A DNA stretch of 64,000 nt from a virus: positions 23,059 to 87,058 of IMG/VR virus record IMGVR_UViG_3300007522_000367; one strand, given 5' to 3'. The position numbers were made by a program, and so were the translations under genes. Below the pieces are notes generated by a model. That model was not told the origin of the DNA, did not search any database, and saw nothing but the letters and a program-made list of their open reading frames with translations. Positions 27,459 through 36,634 of this stretch are shown here, in pieces. How positions within the stretch are numbered: position 1 is the stretch's first letter; each line of letters opens with the position of its first letter.

Positions 27459-28264
27459 TACACACGCTCCTCAAGCCATCCTAACATGTCTACTGTTAAA
27501 AATTCATCTTCAACATAATGCAATACGCCTGATTGTTTATATCCACCTATATAAAGTGTATCATTGCCAAAATCTATAGGTAACACATCAGTCCATTTAC
27601 TCGGTACATGACTCCAATTTTGTACTTGAGCTTTCATATGAGTAAATGTTAGATTATTATTAATTTTAGAGTCTAAAATCGTTAGTGCAACTGCGGCACT
27701 GAGATCTACACTATTCCAATTTTGCATGTCTTTAGGAGCATATTGTTGATAAAATACTTTCCAGTTTGTCATTATTACATCTAATAATTTAAAAAAATTA
27801 TGAGCTTCGTCGCATTTTGAAAATTTATACATGCCGGTGTATATATTAGGTAAATTGTTTGAATCAAATGTTTTTCTATAGTATCTATTAGTTACTAATT
27901 CGTTTCTATATGTAGTTACTTTATTTGTAAAAATAATAGGATCAATATTTTCCCATATTGGAGTAATATTATCTAATATTAACATATCAGCATCAAATAC
28001 TAGGGTATTTCTATAAGGAGTTAAATGGTAGATTTTCCAACGATTATCTATTTTCCAATCAGAGTTTTTTGCTAAATCGCCCCAAGGTATAGAAATAACT
28101 TGATCAAATACATCTTTATATGCTGTTGGAATTACTTCATCAGTTATAATACTAATATTTGTGCCAGGTGCGGTTGCAAGAATACTTAATGCCAATGCAT
28201 ATGCTTGTTGTACATAATCTGTTTTACTATTATTTTGTGCAAGTACACATACACCATTACTCAT
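27458..28264 (-). CDS. glycosyltransferase-like (GT8-like)
   Basis: DYVQQAYALALSI...TPYRNTLVFDADML (DxD)...FTHMK...LHY; start moved to ATG 28264. Confidence 0.68.
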   Translation of the reverse strand: MSNGVCVLAQNNSKTDYVQQAYALALSILATAPGTNISIITDEVIPTAYKDVFDQVISIPWGDLAKNSDWKIDNRWKIYHLTPYRNTLVFDADMLILDNITPIWENIDPIIFTNKVTTYRNELVTNRYYRKTFDSNNLPNIYTGMYKFSKCDEAHNFFKLLDVIMTNWKVFYQQYAPKDMQNWNSVDLSAAVALTILDSKINNNLTFTHMKAQVQNWSHVPSKWTDVLPIDFGNDTLYIGGYKQSGVLHYVEDEFLTVDMLGWLEERV

Positions 28265-29105
28265 TTGCAAACTCCTTGTCAATAAACGAGTTTAAGCTAA
28301 ACTTATTCATAATGTGAACAGTTGCATCTGTAAATTTTACTGGAAGATAATCATATGACTTATGTGCAAGTAATTTAATAACGTTATTATTAACATCTAT
28401 TAAAATATCGTTATCCGTTGATACCCACATATCACTAGGTAATTGTTTAGGCCACTCGGTGCTATTTTCAAATCCACGCATCATATGCATTGTAATACTG
28501 AATGCAAAATCGTTTCTAAATTTAGATTCAGTAATATCATATACTGTTCTATAATAATTGTAATTTTCTTTAATATGTTCTACTAAGTCAAATACTGTTT
28601 TTGCAGTATTGCTTTTTGTAAAATATAATATAGTAGCCCAATACATTGGAATAGTTTTATCACTTACTCTATCAAAACTTAGCTCTGTGCCTTGATTAAC
28701 TAAATTGTAATGATTTGCAATCATAAAATCTTCATTAGTATCAAAACATGCTAGTAACTTATCATTTGATACAAATAAATCAGTATCAATTACAATTGTT
28801 TTATCAAATACGCTTAACTCGTATACACTATTGCGAGAAGAGTTTTTCCATTCTAATTTTTTACTTGCATATAATCCGTCATTAAATGTTTTAACAGAAT
28901 TATTAATAGGTGCAGCAATGTGTGATACAACATCAATATAATTTTTATAAAACGGGTATTCTGATTCAAGGTAATCAACTGTATCTGTAATCAGTTGTAC
29001 AGGTAAGTTTAAATACTGTTTTACTCGCTTTGCACAATATACTGCTTGCTTTACATAATCAATACTGCTGTTGTTAAATGCAAAAAGTACAACACCTTGC
29101 TTCAT
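28257..29105 (-). CDS. glycosyltransferase-like (GT8-like), paralog of the neighbour
   Basis: DYVKQAVYCA...SVFDKTIVIDTDL (DxD)...FRNDFAFS...VHIMNK. Confidence 0.65.
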   Translation of the reverse strand: MKQGVVLFAFNNSSIDYVKQAVYCAKRVKQYLNLPVQLITDTVDYLESEYPFYKNYIDVVSHIAAPINNSVKTFNDGLYASKKLEWKNSSRNSVYELSVFDKTIVIDTDLFVSNDKLLACFDTNEDFMIANHYNLVNQGTELSFDRVSDKTIPMYWATILYFTKSNTAKTVFDLVEHIKENYNYYRTVYDITESKFRNDFAFSITMHMMRGFENSTEWPKQLPSDMWVSTDNDILIDVNNNVIKLLAHKSYDYLPVKFTDATVHIMNKFSLNSFIDKEFANE

Positions 29106-29449
29106 AAATCAACCAATCCTTGTACTGATCTATTTTTTTTAATTGTTTCGTAGTCAACGGCATATTTACGTGATGCAACTGCATAGACTCCTATTAGTTC
29201 TTTTGCAAATTCGTTAACATCAGGAATCATAAAAGGAATACTGTTATCATCTAGTACAACTGCACCATCTGGAATTGTTTTTGACAACGTATAGACAAAA
29301 TTAATTAGTTCTTGTGTAACAGTAAACTTATGGCCGTGAATATAATGCACAAGGTTTTCTTTATACTGTGCAAGAAAAATACGTTTTTGGTTGTTTTGCG
29401 TTGCTAAAAAATTAGAAAACTCTAATGCTTTACTTAATCTTTCGTCCAT
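29102..29449 (-). CDS. hypothetical phage protein
   Basis: 115 aa ORF with GGAG RBS; first gene after the sigma70 promoter. Confidence 0.7.
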   Translation of the reverse strand: MDERLSKALEFSNFLATQNNQKRIFLAQYKENLVHYIHGHKFTVTQELINFVYTLSKTIPDGAVVLDDNSIPFMIPDVNEFAKELIGVYAVASRKYAVDYETIKKNRSVQGLVDL

Positions 29450-29471
29450 TGATGACTCCTCATATAGTATT

Positions 29472-29500
29472 AGTATATACTATAATTTGAAACCTGTCAA
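29472..29500 (-). promoter_or_regulatory. sigma70 promoter heading the GT/radical SAM operon
   Basis: TTGACA (29500-29495), 17-nt spacer, TATACT (29477-29472). Confidence 0.75.
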
Positions 29501-29506
29501 GTAAAA

Positions 29507-30412
29507 TTAGAAAGTATTTGTTACGCCTAATGCAATTGTAGGAGCATCAACTTGAACATTTGAACCAGTTGGACGAATGTAGCTCATTGCACTAGTTAAT
29601 GTACCTTGCACGTTTTCGTCAACTGCTGGACCTGTACCAGTTTGGTCGCCAACGTCATTATCTTGATATTGCATACGGATTCTTACTCCGTTAGTAATTG
29701 CACTTGCAAAGATTTTATAACGATTTTCTGAGTACGGATTTGCACCGTTACGATTCATGATTTCTACTTCCCCAGCTAAATCATAATATCCGCTGCTATT
29801 AGTAATCGTGCCGCCGGCTCCTGATTTGGTCACATCAACATAATTCACTGTAATAGTACCCGGGTCCATCATTGTTTGCCAGTCTAATGTTTTCGCTTCG
29901 CCACCTCCATACGATAAAGTTGACGTAAGTGTAAGTTTGCCGCCAGCATTAAAAAAGGCCTTGGCAGCGTTTGCTGATGACCACGTAAATGTTACATCGT
30001 GTGTTTGTGTGCCGTTCCAATTTGTTTTAGTTCTACTGCTAGCAGATACTGTAGTAGACTGTCCAGCACCTAATGTAAATCTATTTCCTGCATCTTTTAC
30101 AAAATTAACTACATTTTCAAGTGCGTCATGAATGGCTTTAGTGATGCCGCTATCAGTGTTTACAGTAGTAAGTGCCGGACTAGGAGTTGAACCAACTTGG
30201 TGTGTATATGCTTTATCAACATCTGTTTTGAGTGCATTCCAGGCAGCAGCAGTAACTTTATCGCCAGGAACAACTGCTGGAGCAGTTGTTGCTTGATTAT
30301 ATCCAGCTGCACCTGTACCTGTACCAGTAGGAGTTCCCATAACAAGATTAATACCCGATCTTAATGTCGTATATTCTGCTTCGCCAATTGTTTGACCGAC
30401 TGTTACTGCCAT
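29507..30412 (-). CDS. virion structural protein (tail/fibre-associated)
   Basis: Thr/Gly/Ala-rich; VTAAAWNALKTD, AKAFFNAGG motifs; late promoter and GAGG RBS; follows the fibre genes. Confidence 0.65.
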   Translation of the reverse strand: MAVTVGQTIGEAEYTTLRSGINLVMGTPTGTGTGAAGYNQATTAPAVVPGDKVTAAAWNALKTDVDKAYTHQVGSTPSPALTTVNTDSGITKAIHDALENVVNFVKDAGNRFTLGAGQSTTVSASSRTKTNWNGTQTHDVTFTWSSANAAKAFFNAGGKLTLTSTLSYGGGEAKTLDWQTMMDPGTITVNYVDVTKSGAGGTITNSSGYYDLAGEVEIMNRNGANPYSENRYKIFASAITNGVRIRMQYQDNDVGDQTGTGPAVDENVQGTLTSAMSYIRPTGSNVQVDAPTIALGVTNTF

Positions 30413-30438
30413 GTTTATTCCTCTTTAACTATGTACTT

Positions 30439-30446
30439 TATTTATA
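30439..30446 (-). promoter_or_regulatory. T4-type late promoter TATAAATA
   Basis: Exact T4 gp55 consensus upstream of RBS GAGG and ATG 30412. Confidence 0.7.
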
Positions 30447-31953
30447 CTTTTAACACGCACTCAACTAGTTTCTCTGATTCGTCTGTGTTTGATTCTAGAG
30501 AAATACCTACTAACGCAGTTGTCGCAATAGTTGTACATACTCCATCGGCCATTGCATAAACTGCTTGACCTTTTTTAACAGCACCTTTAACACGCACAGG
30601 AAGACGACCTTTAAGACCAATATATTGTCCTTCACTATCACTGTTCATCATGTACGCCGGAGCTGTTGATACTACACCAATACAATGATCACTTGCTTTT
30701 GCAGGTTCTACATCGTGGTCCTCGCAAGCACATACTGCTACTGCGGTACCTGGTGCTAGTTCTTCTGCTGTTGAATATTTTTCTGCTAAGTCAGCATATC
30801 GAGCACTTGTTGCTGTACCTTGGAACAGTACTGCATTTAAGTTACCTGAGCCATCACGCACTGCAACACTGCTACTAGTACCTGTACCAATTGTGTCAAC
30901 TGCGCCAACTCGTGCAGTGCCCCCAACTATAAGCGCACTTGCTTTTTCTGAAGTTCCGTATATATTAGTTGCGTATACTGCTGCAAACTGATTACTAATA
31001 TCGCCTAGCGTAACTGATTCAGCTGCGGTTCCGGCAGCATTAAGGCCAGGTTTAACTACACCTGGTGTAAATACAATAATATTTTTAGATAGGCCGCCGC
31101 TTTGTTTAGTTCTAAAACGAATTTCGTCACCTTGCGCATTTTGTATAACACCCTGGTTGTCGTTTTCAATAAAGATTTTTAAATCTAGTCCTGCGCCGAT
31201 AGCAATACCTGCATCGGTTTGGAAGTTAGTGATCTCAGTAAATACACTCGGTTGTCCAGGTGATGCAGTAACATAATTAGCAGCTGATATGCCGTTTAGT
31301 TTGTCAGCGTTAGTAGCTGTACCGTGGAATCGTTGTGTTCCGCTAGTAATACCAGCTGTTGCGTTGAGTGTATTTTTAAGGGTTACTCCTGCACGTACTA
31401 CATCAAATCCAGAAATAGCATTTTCAGCATCGGCACTATCAATTGTAAATTCTACAGGACTAATAATAAACATTACTTCGTCGTTAATTGTTGCTGCAAT
31501 AATACTCTTACTAACTGCAAGATCATCACGAACTGATCTACTCTGCATTTGCGTAATACCAGAGCCAGCATCCTGCGGTCCAATCAGTACAAAATCTGTG
31601 CCGTTATATGAATATAGCTGTTCGTTAACAGTGTCCCACCAAAAATCGCCAGTTGCTAACCCTGCAGGGGCCGTAGCACTGATTTCGGCACCTCCTGTCG
31701 TGCGCCATTTAGCACTATCATAGAACTTTAGTTTGCTGTTTGCAGTATCAAACCAAAGTTGCCCTGTAACTGCTCTCGGTGGTTGATTGGCCCCAGCAAA
31801 GTTTTCTAGCAAAAATACAAAGTTTTCGTTTTGTATTTCACCGTAACCTGCATAGTTTTTACCAACTAGCTTGATATCAGTTGTTTGATCCAACGTACCA
31901 TCTTGTACGATGGTTAACTGATTTGTGTTGTATTTGTTAATTGTATACGCCAT
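30442..31953 (-). CDS. tail fibre protein with C-terminal autoproteolytic/chaperone-like (peptidase G2-type) domain
   Basis: Shared fibre N-terminus (LVGKNYAGYGE..ENF..LLENFA..GQLWFD); C-terminal ARYADLAEKY...GVVST.PAY.MN...LKGRLPVRVKG. Confidence 0.75.
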   Translation of the reverse strand: MAYTINKYNTNQLTIVQDGTLDQTTDIKLVGKNYAGYGEIQNENFVFLLENFAGANQPPRAVTGQLWFDTANSKLKFYDSAKWRTTGGAEISATAPAGLATGDFWWDTVNEQLYSYNGTDFVLIGPQDAGSGITQMQSRSVRDDLAVSKSIIAATINDEVMFIISPVEFTIDSADAENAISGFDVVRAGVTLKNTLNATAGITSGTQRFHGTATNADKLNGISAANYVTASPGQPSVFTEITNFQTDAGIAIGAGLDLKIFIENDNQGVIQNAQGDEIRFRTKQSGGLSKNIIVFTPGVVKPGLNAAGTAAESVTLGDISNQFAAVYATNIYGTSEKASALIVGGTARVGAVDTIGTGTSSSVAVRDGSGNLNAVLFQGTATSARYADLAEKYSTAEELAPGTAVAVCACEDHDVEPAKASDHCIGVVSTAPAYMMNSDSEGQYIGLKGRLPVRVKGAVKKGQAVYAMADGVCTTIATTALVGISLESNTDESEKLVECVLKV

Positions 31954-31977
31954 ATTTAAATAACCCCTTGCTGTTAG

Positions 31978-31984
31978 TATTTAT
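31978..31984 (-). promoter_or_regulatory. late promoter ATAAATA
   Basis: Intergenic GATAAATA upstream of the fibre gene. Confidence 0.6.
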
Positions 31985-31990
31985 CGCAAG

Positions 31991-33883
31991 TTAAGGATAA
32001 ACGCCTGTGCTGGTAAATGTCCAGGTAGCGCCCGTAACTGTAAATATCATTGTGTGGCGTGACGGAGTTAAAACTACCGTACCCGATGCCGGATTTGCTG
32101 CTGTAATATCTTGTATTACTGATTCGTTTTGAGTGCCGGCACTGTCAACTGCAATTGTAGATTTTTGTAATACCCCAGTGCCATTAGTGGTCACAGTTAT
32201 GTTAATACCAGTAACTGTGGCACCAGCGTAGCTAGTACAATGAATAGTAGCAACTGTGCCTTCTCTCGCACTATTTGCAGGGCTAATACTTTCTAATATA
32301 CTTCTAACATCTACAATCGGGCCGTTGCCTGTTCCTGCGGGATTAGGACTAGTTAGTCCTGTAATGTCTAAAGCAAATGCAATTGGAATTGTAGCGACTG
32401 ATGTATCAACATATGCTTTATTTGTTACATCTGTTGCAGTAGTAGGCGTAGCTACTCCTGTAATTTTTTGACTGTTAAGTGTAATTGTGCCGCCAGTTGT
32501 GATGCTTAATGCGCCTGGCGTCGATATACTACCTAATGTAACATTGCCAGTGACACTTAAACTTCCTAATGTACCTACTGTAGTTAGTCCGGCGGCAATT
32601 GTAACCGTGTCACCAAGTCGTGTTTTAGAAAGTACTTGTGTATTTTCAATTCTATATTCTTTGCCAGCAATTAAATCTATGTTTTGATTAAATGTCCAGT
32701 TTCCTGTTGACTGAACCCAATTAATAGTTTTATCGGTTGCGCCTTTTAGTGTGATGCCACCTTGATTTGCGGTTGTGTCTGTAGGAGTGTCTACTTTTCC
32801 TAATTCAATGTTAGGATCTTCCACTGTCATTGTTGCAGTGTTAACAGTAACAGTGTCGCCTTCGATTATTAGGTCACCTCCAACTGTAAGATTTCCAGTA
32901 AAGTTGCCGGCTCCAGTAACATCAAGTGCAACTGTCGGAGTATCTTGGTAGATACCTATACGACCTGTACTTGTGTCAAGAGTGAATGCTTCAATAAAGT
33001 CATTGCCTAGAGGCACTCTAATTGAAAAATCATAATTTAATTGTTTAAGTTCTATAGATGTTGTAGTTCCACTATCAACTGTTTTAAACGATGCATATTG
33101 TGTATCGCCATATCCTACAGTAACACCAGTATCGCCCTTAACAAACAATGCGCCTTCCATTTGTTGATCGACTACTGCATTTGAATTATCACGTTCGTTA
33201 GTTCGTATAAAATCAGTAGCAGAAAACGTATTTCCTTGAGCATCAATTAACAATTCTGCAGATAATGCAGTACCTTGATGTTTAAAATCTGAAACTACAG
33301 TTGGATTAAATCCAACTTTGATTGATCTGCCTGGTGTATAAGGAAGTATATTATAATCTACTCCTGGCGTAAATTCAAATCTACTATATATTCCAGCAAG
33401 TACGCCGCCTATATACATCGCTAACACAGTTTTAATCTTATTACTAGTATCTACCATAGTAACTGCTTCAAGACCTGTTTTGCCCTGAGTTGCGTTATAT
33501 TGTGGTCCAACTAATACTAAATCACTTCCGTCCCAAAAATATAATTTATTTTCAGCGTTATCGATCCACAAATCTCCTGATACAAGGTTAGTAGGTTGGC
33601 TACTACTTACCGTCGGCGAACCTGCTGTTCTAAAACTAATACCATCATAAATTTTTAATCTATTTTCGCTGTTATCATACCAAAGTTGGCCCTTTAGTGG
33701 ATTACTAGGAGCACTAGTTGATGCAAAATTTTCAACTATTTTAACAAAATTTTCATTAAATGCTTCGCCAAAACCTTTGTAATTACGTCCAACTAAAGTT
33801 ATGTCTGTAGATGCAGTATCAATTATGCCATCAGTAAGTTCTACTAACAGATCACCATTGGTCTTGTTTATTTTATAGCTCAT
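31991..33883 (-). CDS. tail fibre protein
   Basis: Shared fibre N-terminus (LVGRNYKGFGE..ENFA..GQLWYD); Thr/Gly-rich shaft; VTNKAYVD fibre motif. Confidence 0.75.
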   Translation of the reverse strand: MSYKINKTNGDLLVELTDGIIDTASTDITLVGRNYKGFGEAFNENFVKIVENFASTSAPSNPLKGQLWYDNSENRLKIYDGISFRTAGSPTVSSSQPTNLVSGDLWIDNAENKLYFWDGSDLVLVGPQYNATQGKTGLEAVTMVDTSNKIKTVLAMYIGGVLAGIYSRFEFTPGVDYNILPYTPGRSIKVGFNPTVVSDFKHQGTALSAELLIDAQGNTFSATDFIRTNERDNSNAVVDQQMEGALFVKGDTGVTVGYGDTQYASFKTVDSGTTTSIELKQLNYDFSIRVPLGNDFIEAFTLDTSTGRIGIYQDTPTVALDVTGAGNFTGNLTVGGDLIIEGDTVTVNTATMTVEDPNIELGKVDTPTDTTANQGGITLKGATDKTINWVQSTGNWTFNQNIDLIAGKEYRIENTQVLSKTRLGDTVTIAAGLTTVGTLGSLSVTGNVTLGSISTPGALSITTGGTITLNSQKITGVATPTTATDVTNKAYVDTSVATIPIAFALDITGLTSPNPAGTGNGPIVDVRSILESISPANSAREGTVATIHCTSYAGATVTGINITVTTNGTGVLQKSTIAVDSAGTQNESVIQDITAANPASGTVVLTPSRHTMIFTVTGATWTFTSTGVYP

Positions 33884-35985
33884 GCAGTAACTCCTGTGTA
33901 GATAATATAATTAATAGTTTGGAATGGATTCATAATATCAATTGCTGCACCCACATTACTAAACCCACTGCCAGCAGGTACAAGTACATCACCACTATTT
34001 GGCAGTCGTTGAGATAAATCTTCTGCGCCGGTTTGTAAACTAGATCCTTCTGAACCTGTCGGCAAGTTGCTTCGGCCGTCAACTTCTCTATGTACATAAA
34101 ATTGTTGTCCGCCGGACGACTTTAAATTATGTTGGTGTTCTGGTAGATTTTCTAATCCTATAGTAGTTGTATCTGTTCCGTCTACTGCTCCTACTACACT
34201 TGCATTTGATCCTCTATTTCTAATGTCTGGATCGTCAACAGATGGACTTGTACCTCCCATTGATAAGTTACCTAGTGGGAACCTACCTCTTAGATCAGGT
34301 ATATTAAAATATCCCGAACTTGGAGTTGGTCCATAATTATTTCCAACTAGCTGAAATAATTGATTATATACACCAGTTGCTAGTTCTTGGCCGTTGCAAA
34401 ATTTCCATCCTGATGGTTCAGCAAGTCCTGCATACGGCATAATACTTCCGATAGGAGTTAACCCTGTAATACTATTAAATAATGTTGCCCTAGTTATACG
34501 TTTCAATCCTGTGGCTACGCCGCTTATTCTATCAATTAAAAATTCATCGCTTGATAAACTGTTAGATACTTGTTCTTTAGCACTAATAACAGTATTTTTT
34601 AATGTTAGTGCAAATGTTTTTACGCCGCCGCCGGTTTGTCCGTCAAATACATTTTCAACAGTTTCAACATCGCCGGTCATTCTAAAAGTTGTTGAACTTG
34701 TTAGTTTATCAGCACTACCTGATTTACCACTTACGTTGCCACTTACCTGTCCTTCTAAATTTCCCAAGAAGGTAGTTGCATATATTTTTTTCCAGCGCAA
34801 AGTTGCACTACCGATGTTTCTAGCGTTGTTAAGATCCGGTAGTACTAGATCACTTGCTGCGGTATCAACTACTAGATCGTTATTGCCTAATGTTATACCC
34901 TTTTGTACCATTATTGAATCACCAACATTTAATGCTTTAGCAACGCCAGCGCCACCTTTAACAATTAATGCACCATTACTAATAGTAGTACTTTGGACAG
35001 TGTTAGTTGTTGTAATAATTCCATTAGTTTTAATATTGCCAGTAACATCTAATGCTTCATCCGGAGCTTCGTTGTTAATACCAACTCGTAAACTTGAATC
35101 TATTCTTAAAACAGTATTACTATCTCCGGAATTTCTAACTCTAAAGTCAATATTTGAGCCTTCAATATTATGTTGAATAATTCCTGCACTGCCTTCAATA
35201 CCGATATTAAGCTCTGCATTGATACCGTATGCAATGCCGCTATTGTTTTGAACATTTAACGGAAATGATGTTGTCGATTCTATATCGCCTCTTAGAAAGT
35301 TAGCCGCAGGAATTGCTAAATTACTAACAATTAGACTTTCTGCTTTTTCAGCAGTACCATAAAACTTAACATCGTTAATGCCATCGGCATTTGTGTCTCG
35401 GTTTGCTAGGTTAATACCTGGACGAATTTGTACACCACTAAATCCGTTAATTGTTGCTTTAGGAGTAAATGTATTAAATGCAATAATGGCAACAATATTG
35501 GCATTAACTTGAATTTCAATAACTGTATATTCTGCGTTATCTTGACCAATAATAGTATTAGGTGTTGCTCCAGTTGTTAGGCCCTGACTAAAATTTGGAC
35601 CAACTAAAATCCAATTAGATCCTGTAAACAAATATAATTGTTGGTTATCAGTATCGGCCCATAAATCGCCAGTAAGTGCTTGGGTAGTGTCTGGCTCTGT
35701 GGAACTCTTTTTAAGTCCACTTGCAGATAGCCAAACAGTACCGTCATAAATTAATAATTGTCCGCTGTTATTATTATACCACAACTGGCCTTCGATAGCA
35801 TTATTAGGTTCAGTAGGACTTGCAAAGTTTTCTAATAAATGTAGCAAGTCTTCAGCAATAGCAGCGCCATAACCGGTACTATTCCTACCTGGTAATTTTA
35901 TACTTGTAGTTGTGTTGATTGTTTGATCTTCAATTACTATTGGATCTTTATCAGCACTATCAGTAAATTGTATTGTATATGCCAT
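33880..35985 (-). CDS. tail fibre with phage tail-collar domain (gp12-like short fibre)
   Basis: Shared N-terminus; PIGSIMPYAG..GWKFCNGQ..LFQLVG..FNIPDLRGRFP; LPEHQH; MNPFQTINYII. Confidence 0.8.
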   Translation of the reverse strand: MAYTIQFTDSADKDPIVIEDQTINTTTSIKLPGRNSTGYGAAIAEDLLHLLENFASPTEPNNAIEGQLWYNNNSGQLLIYDGTVWLSASGLKKSSTEPDTTQALTGDLWADTDNQQLYLFTGSNWILVGPNFSQGLTTGATPNTIIGQDNAEYTVIEIQVNANIVAIIAFNTFTPKATINGFSGVQIRPGINLANRDTNADGINDVKFYGTAEKAESLIVSNLAIPAANFLRGDIESTTSFPLNVQNNSGIAYGINAELNIGIEGSAGIIQHNIEGSNIDFRVRNSGDSNTVLRIDSSLRVGINNEAPDEALDVTGNIKTNGIITTTNTVQSTTISNGALIVKGGAGVAKALNVGDSIMVQKGITLGNNDLVVDTAASDLVLPDLNNARNIGSATLRWKKIYATTFLGNLEGQVSGNVSGKSGSADKLTSSTTFRMTGDVETVENVFDGQTGGGVKTFALTLKNTVISAKEQVSNSLSSDEFLIDRISGVATGLKRITRATLFNSITGLTPIGSIMPYAGLAEPSGWKFCNGQELATGVYNQLFQLVGNNYGPTPSSGYFNIPDLRGRFPLGNLSMGGTSPSVDDPDIRNRGSNASVVGAVDGTDTTTIGLENLPEHQHNLKSSGGQQFYVHREVDGRSNLPTGSEGSSLQTGAEDLSQRLPNSGDVLVPAGSGFSNVGAAIDIMNPFQTINYIIYTGVTA

Positions 35986-35990
35986 TTAAA

Positions 35991-36605
35991 TTATCCCTCG
36001 TTAAAGCCAGATAAACTTTGTACTCTAACTGTATAATCAATTTGAATTAGTCTATTAAGTGATTTTTGTACAGGATGAAAAATAACATGTGTTAAAAGTC
36101 TACCATTGCCGCCTGCACTGTATGCTCTTAGTCCTAGTTCGTCAAATACATAAAGACTATCCGGACTTGTTGCAGTGTCAAATGCATCTTGGCCGTTTGG
36201 CTCGCCATAATCTAACAAACAAGTTACTAAAATATCAGTATAATTTGTACCACTCACATGGCGTGTTTCAATCTTGTTACGAGCAGGATCAAGATTGTTT
36301 ACACTTCTATCATCTACTACTTTAGTAAATGTTTCGTTGTATAAACTAGCATTTGTGCCTGTGCTGTTTGGCGTCAAGTATGTAATAATACCTGTAGGGT
36401 CAACACTAGTGCCACCGTTGCCAAATCCCATTTGATAAATCCAGCCTGTGCCTGCATTGCCTAAACTTTCTGCAAGACTAATACTCATATTTTCATAATG
36501 AATAGCGTTGCGTTTGTCTACAATAACCTCTCCAGTCTCTGGATTGTGTATTTTAATGTGTCCTTGAAGTAACACACCACTTTGTTCATTTAATTTATCT
36601 GTCAT
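35991..36605 (-). CDS. baseplate-associated structural protein
   Basis: GHIKI..NAIHYENMS..FGNGGT..FDELGL..LLTHVIFHPVQKSLNR; start moved to ATG 36605 (AGGA RBS). Confidence 0.6.
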   Translation of the reverse strand: MTDKLNEQSGVLLQGHIKIHNPETGEVIVDKRNAIHYENMSISLAESLGNAGTGWIYQMGFGNGGTSVDPTGIITYLTPNSTGTNASLYNETFTKVVDDRSVNNLDPARNKIETRHVSGTNYTDILVTCLLDYGEPNGQDAFDTATSPDSLYVFDELGLRAYSAGGNGRLLTHVIFHPVQKSLNRLIQIDYTVRVQSLSGFNEG

Positions 36606-36627
36606 TTGTTTTATATCCTGCTTATTG

Positions 36628-36634
36628 TATTTAT
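36628..36634 (-). promoter_or_regulatory. late promoter ATAAATA
   Basis: GATAAATA overlapping the giant-gene stop, upstream of RBS and ATG 36605. Confidence 0.55.

Noticed and set aside
407-29449. DNA hypermodification cluster as the primary interpretation
   Set aside because: No thymidylate-synthase-like hydroxymethylase, TET/JBP, queuosine/Dpd or nucleotide kinase genes were recognised; tail linkage and late motifs point elsewhere. Not excluded.
407-29449. Bacterial chromosomal biosynthetic cluster flanking a prophage, or a chimeric contig
   Set aside because: No integrase or att site, regulators or transporters; it is continuous and co-directional with the tail operon and uses the same late-promoter motif
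34394-35176. 260-aa + strand ORF and the many other short antisense ORFs in the track
   Set aside because: They lie opposite well-supported genes and have no motifs or RBS; they are shadows of codon bias
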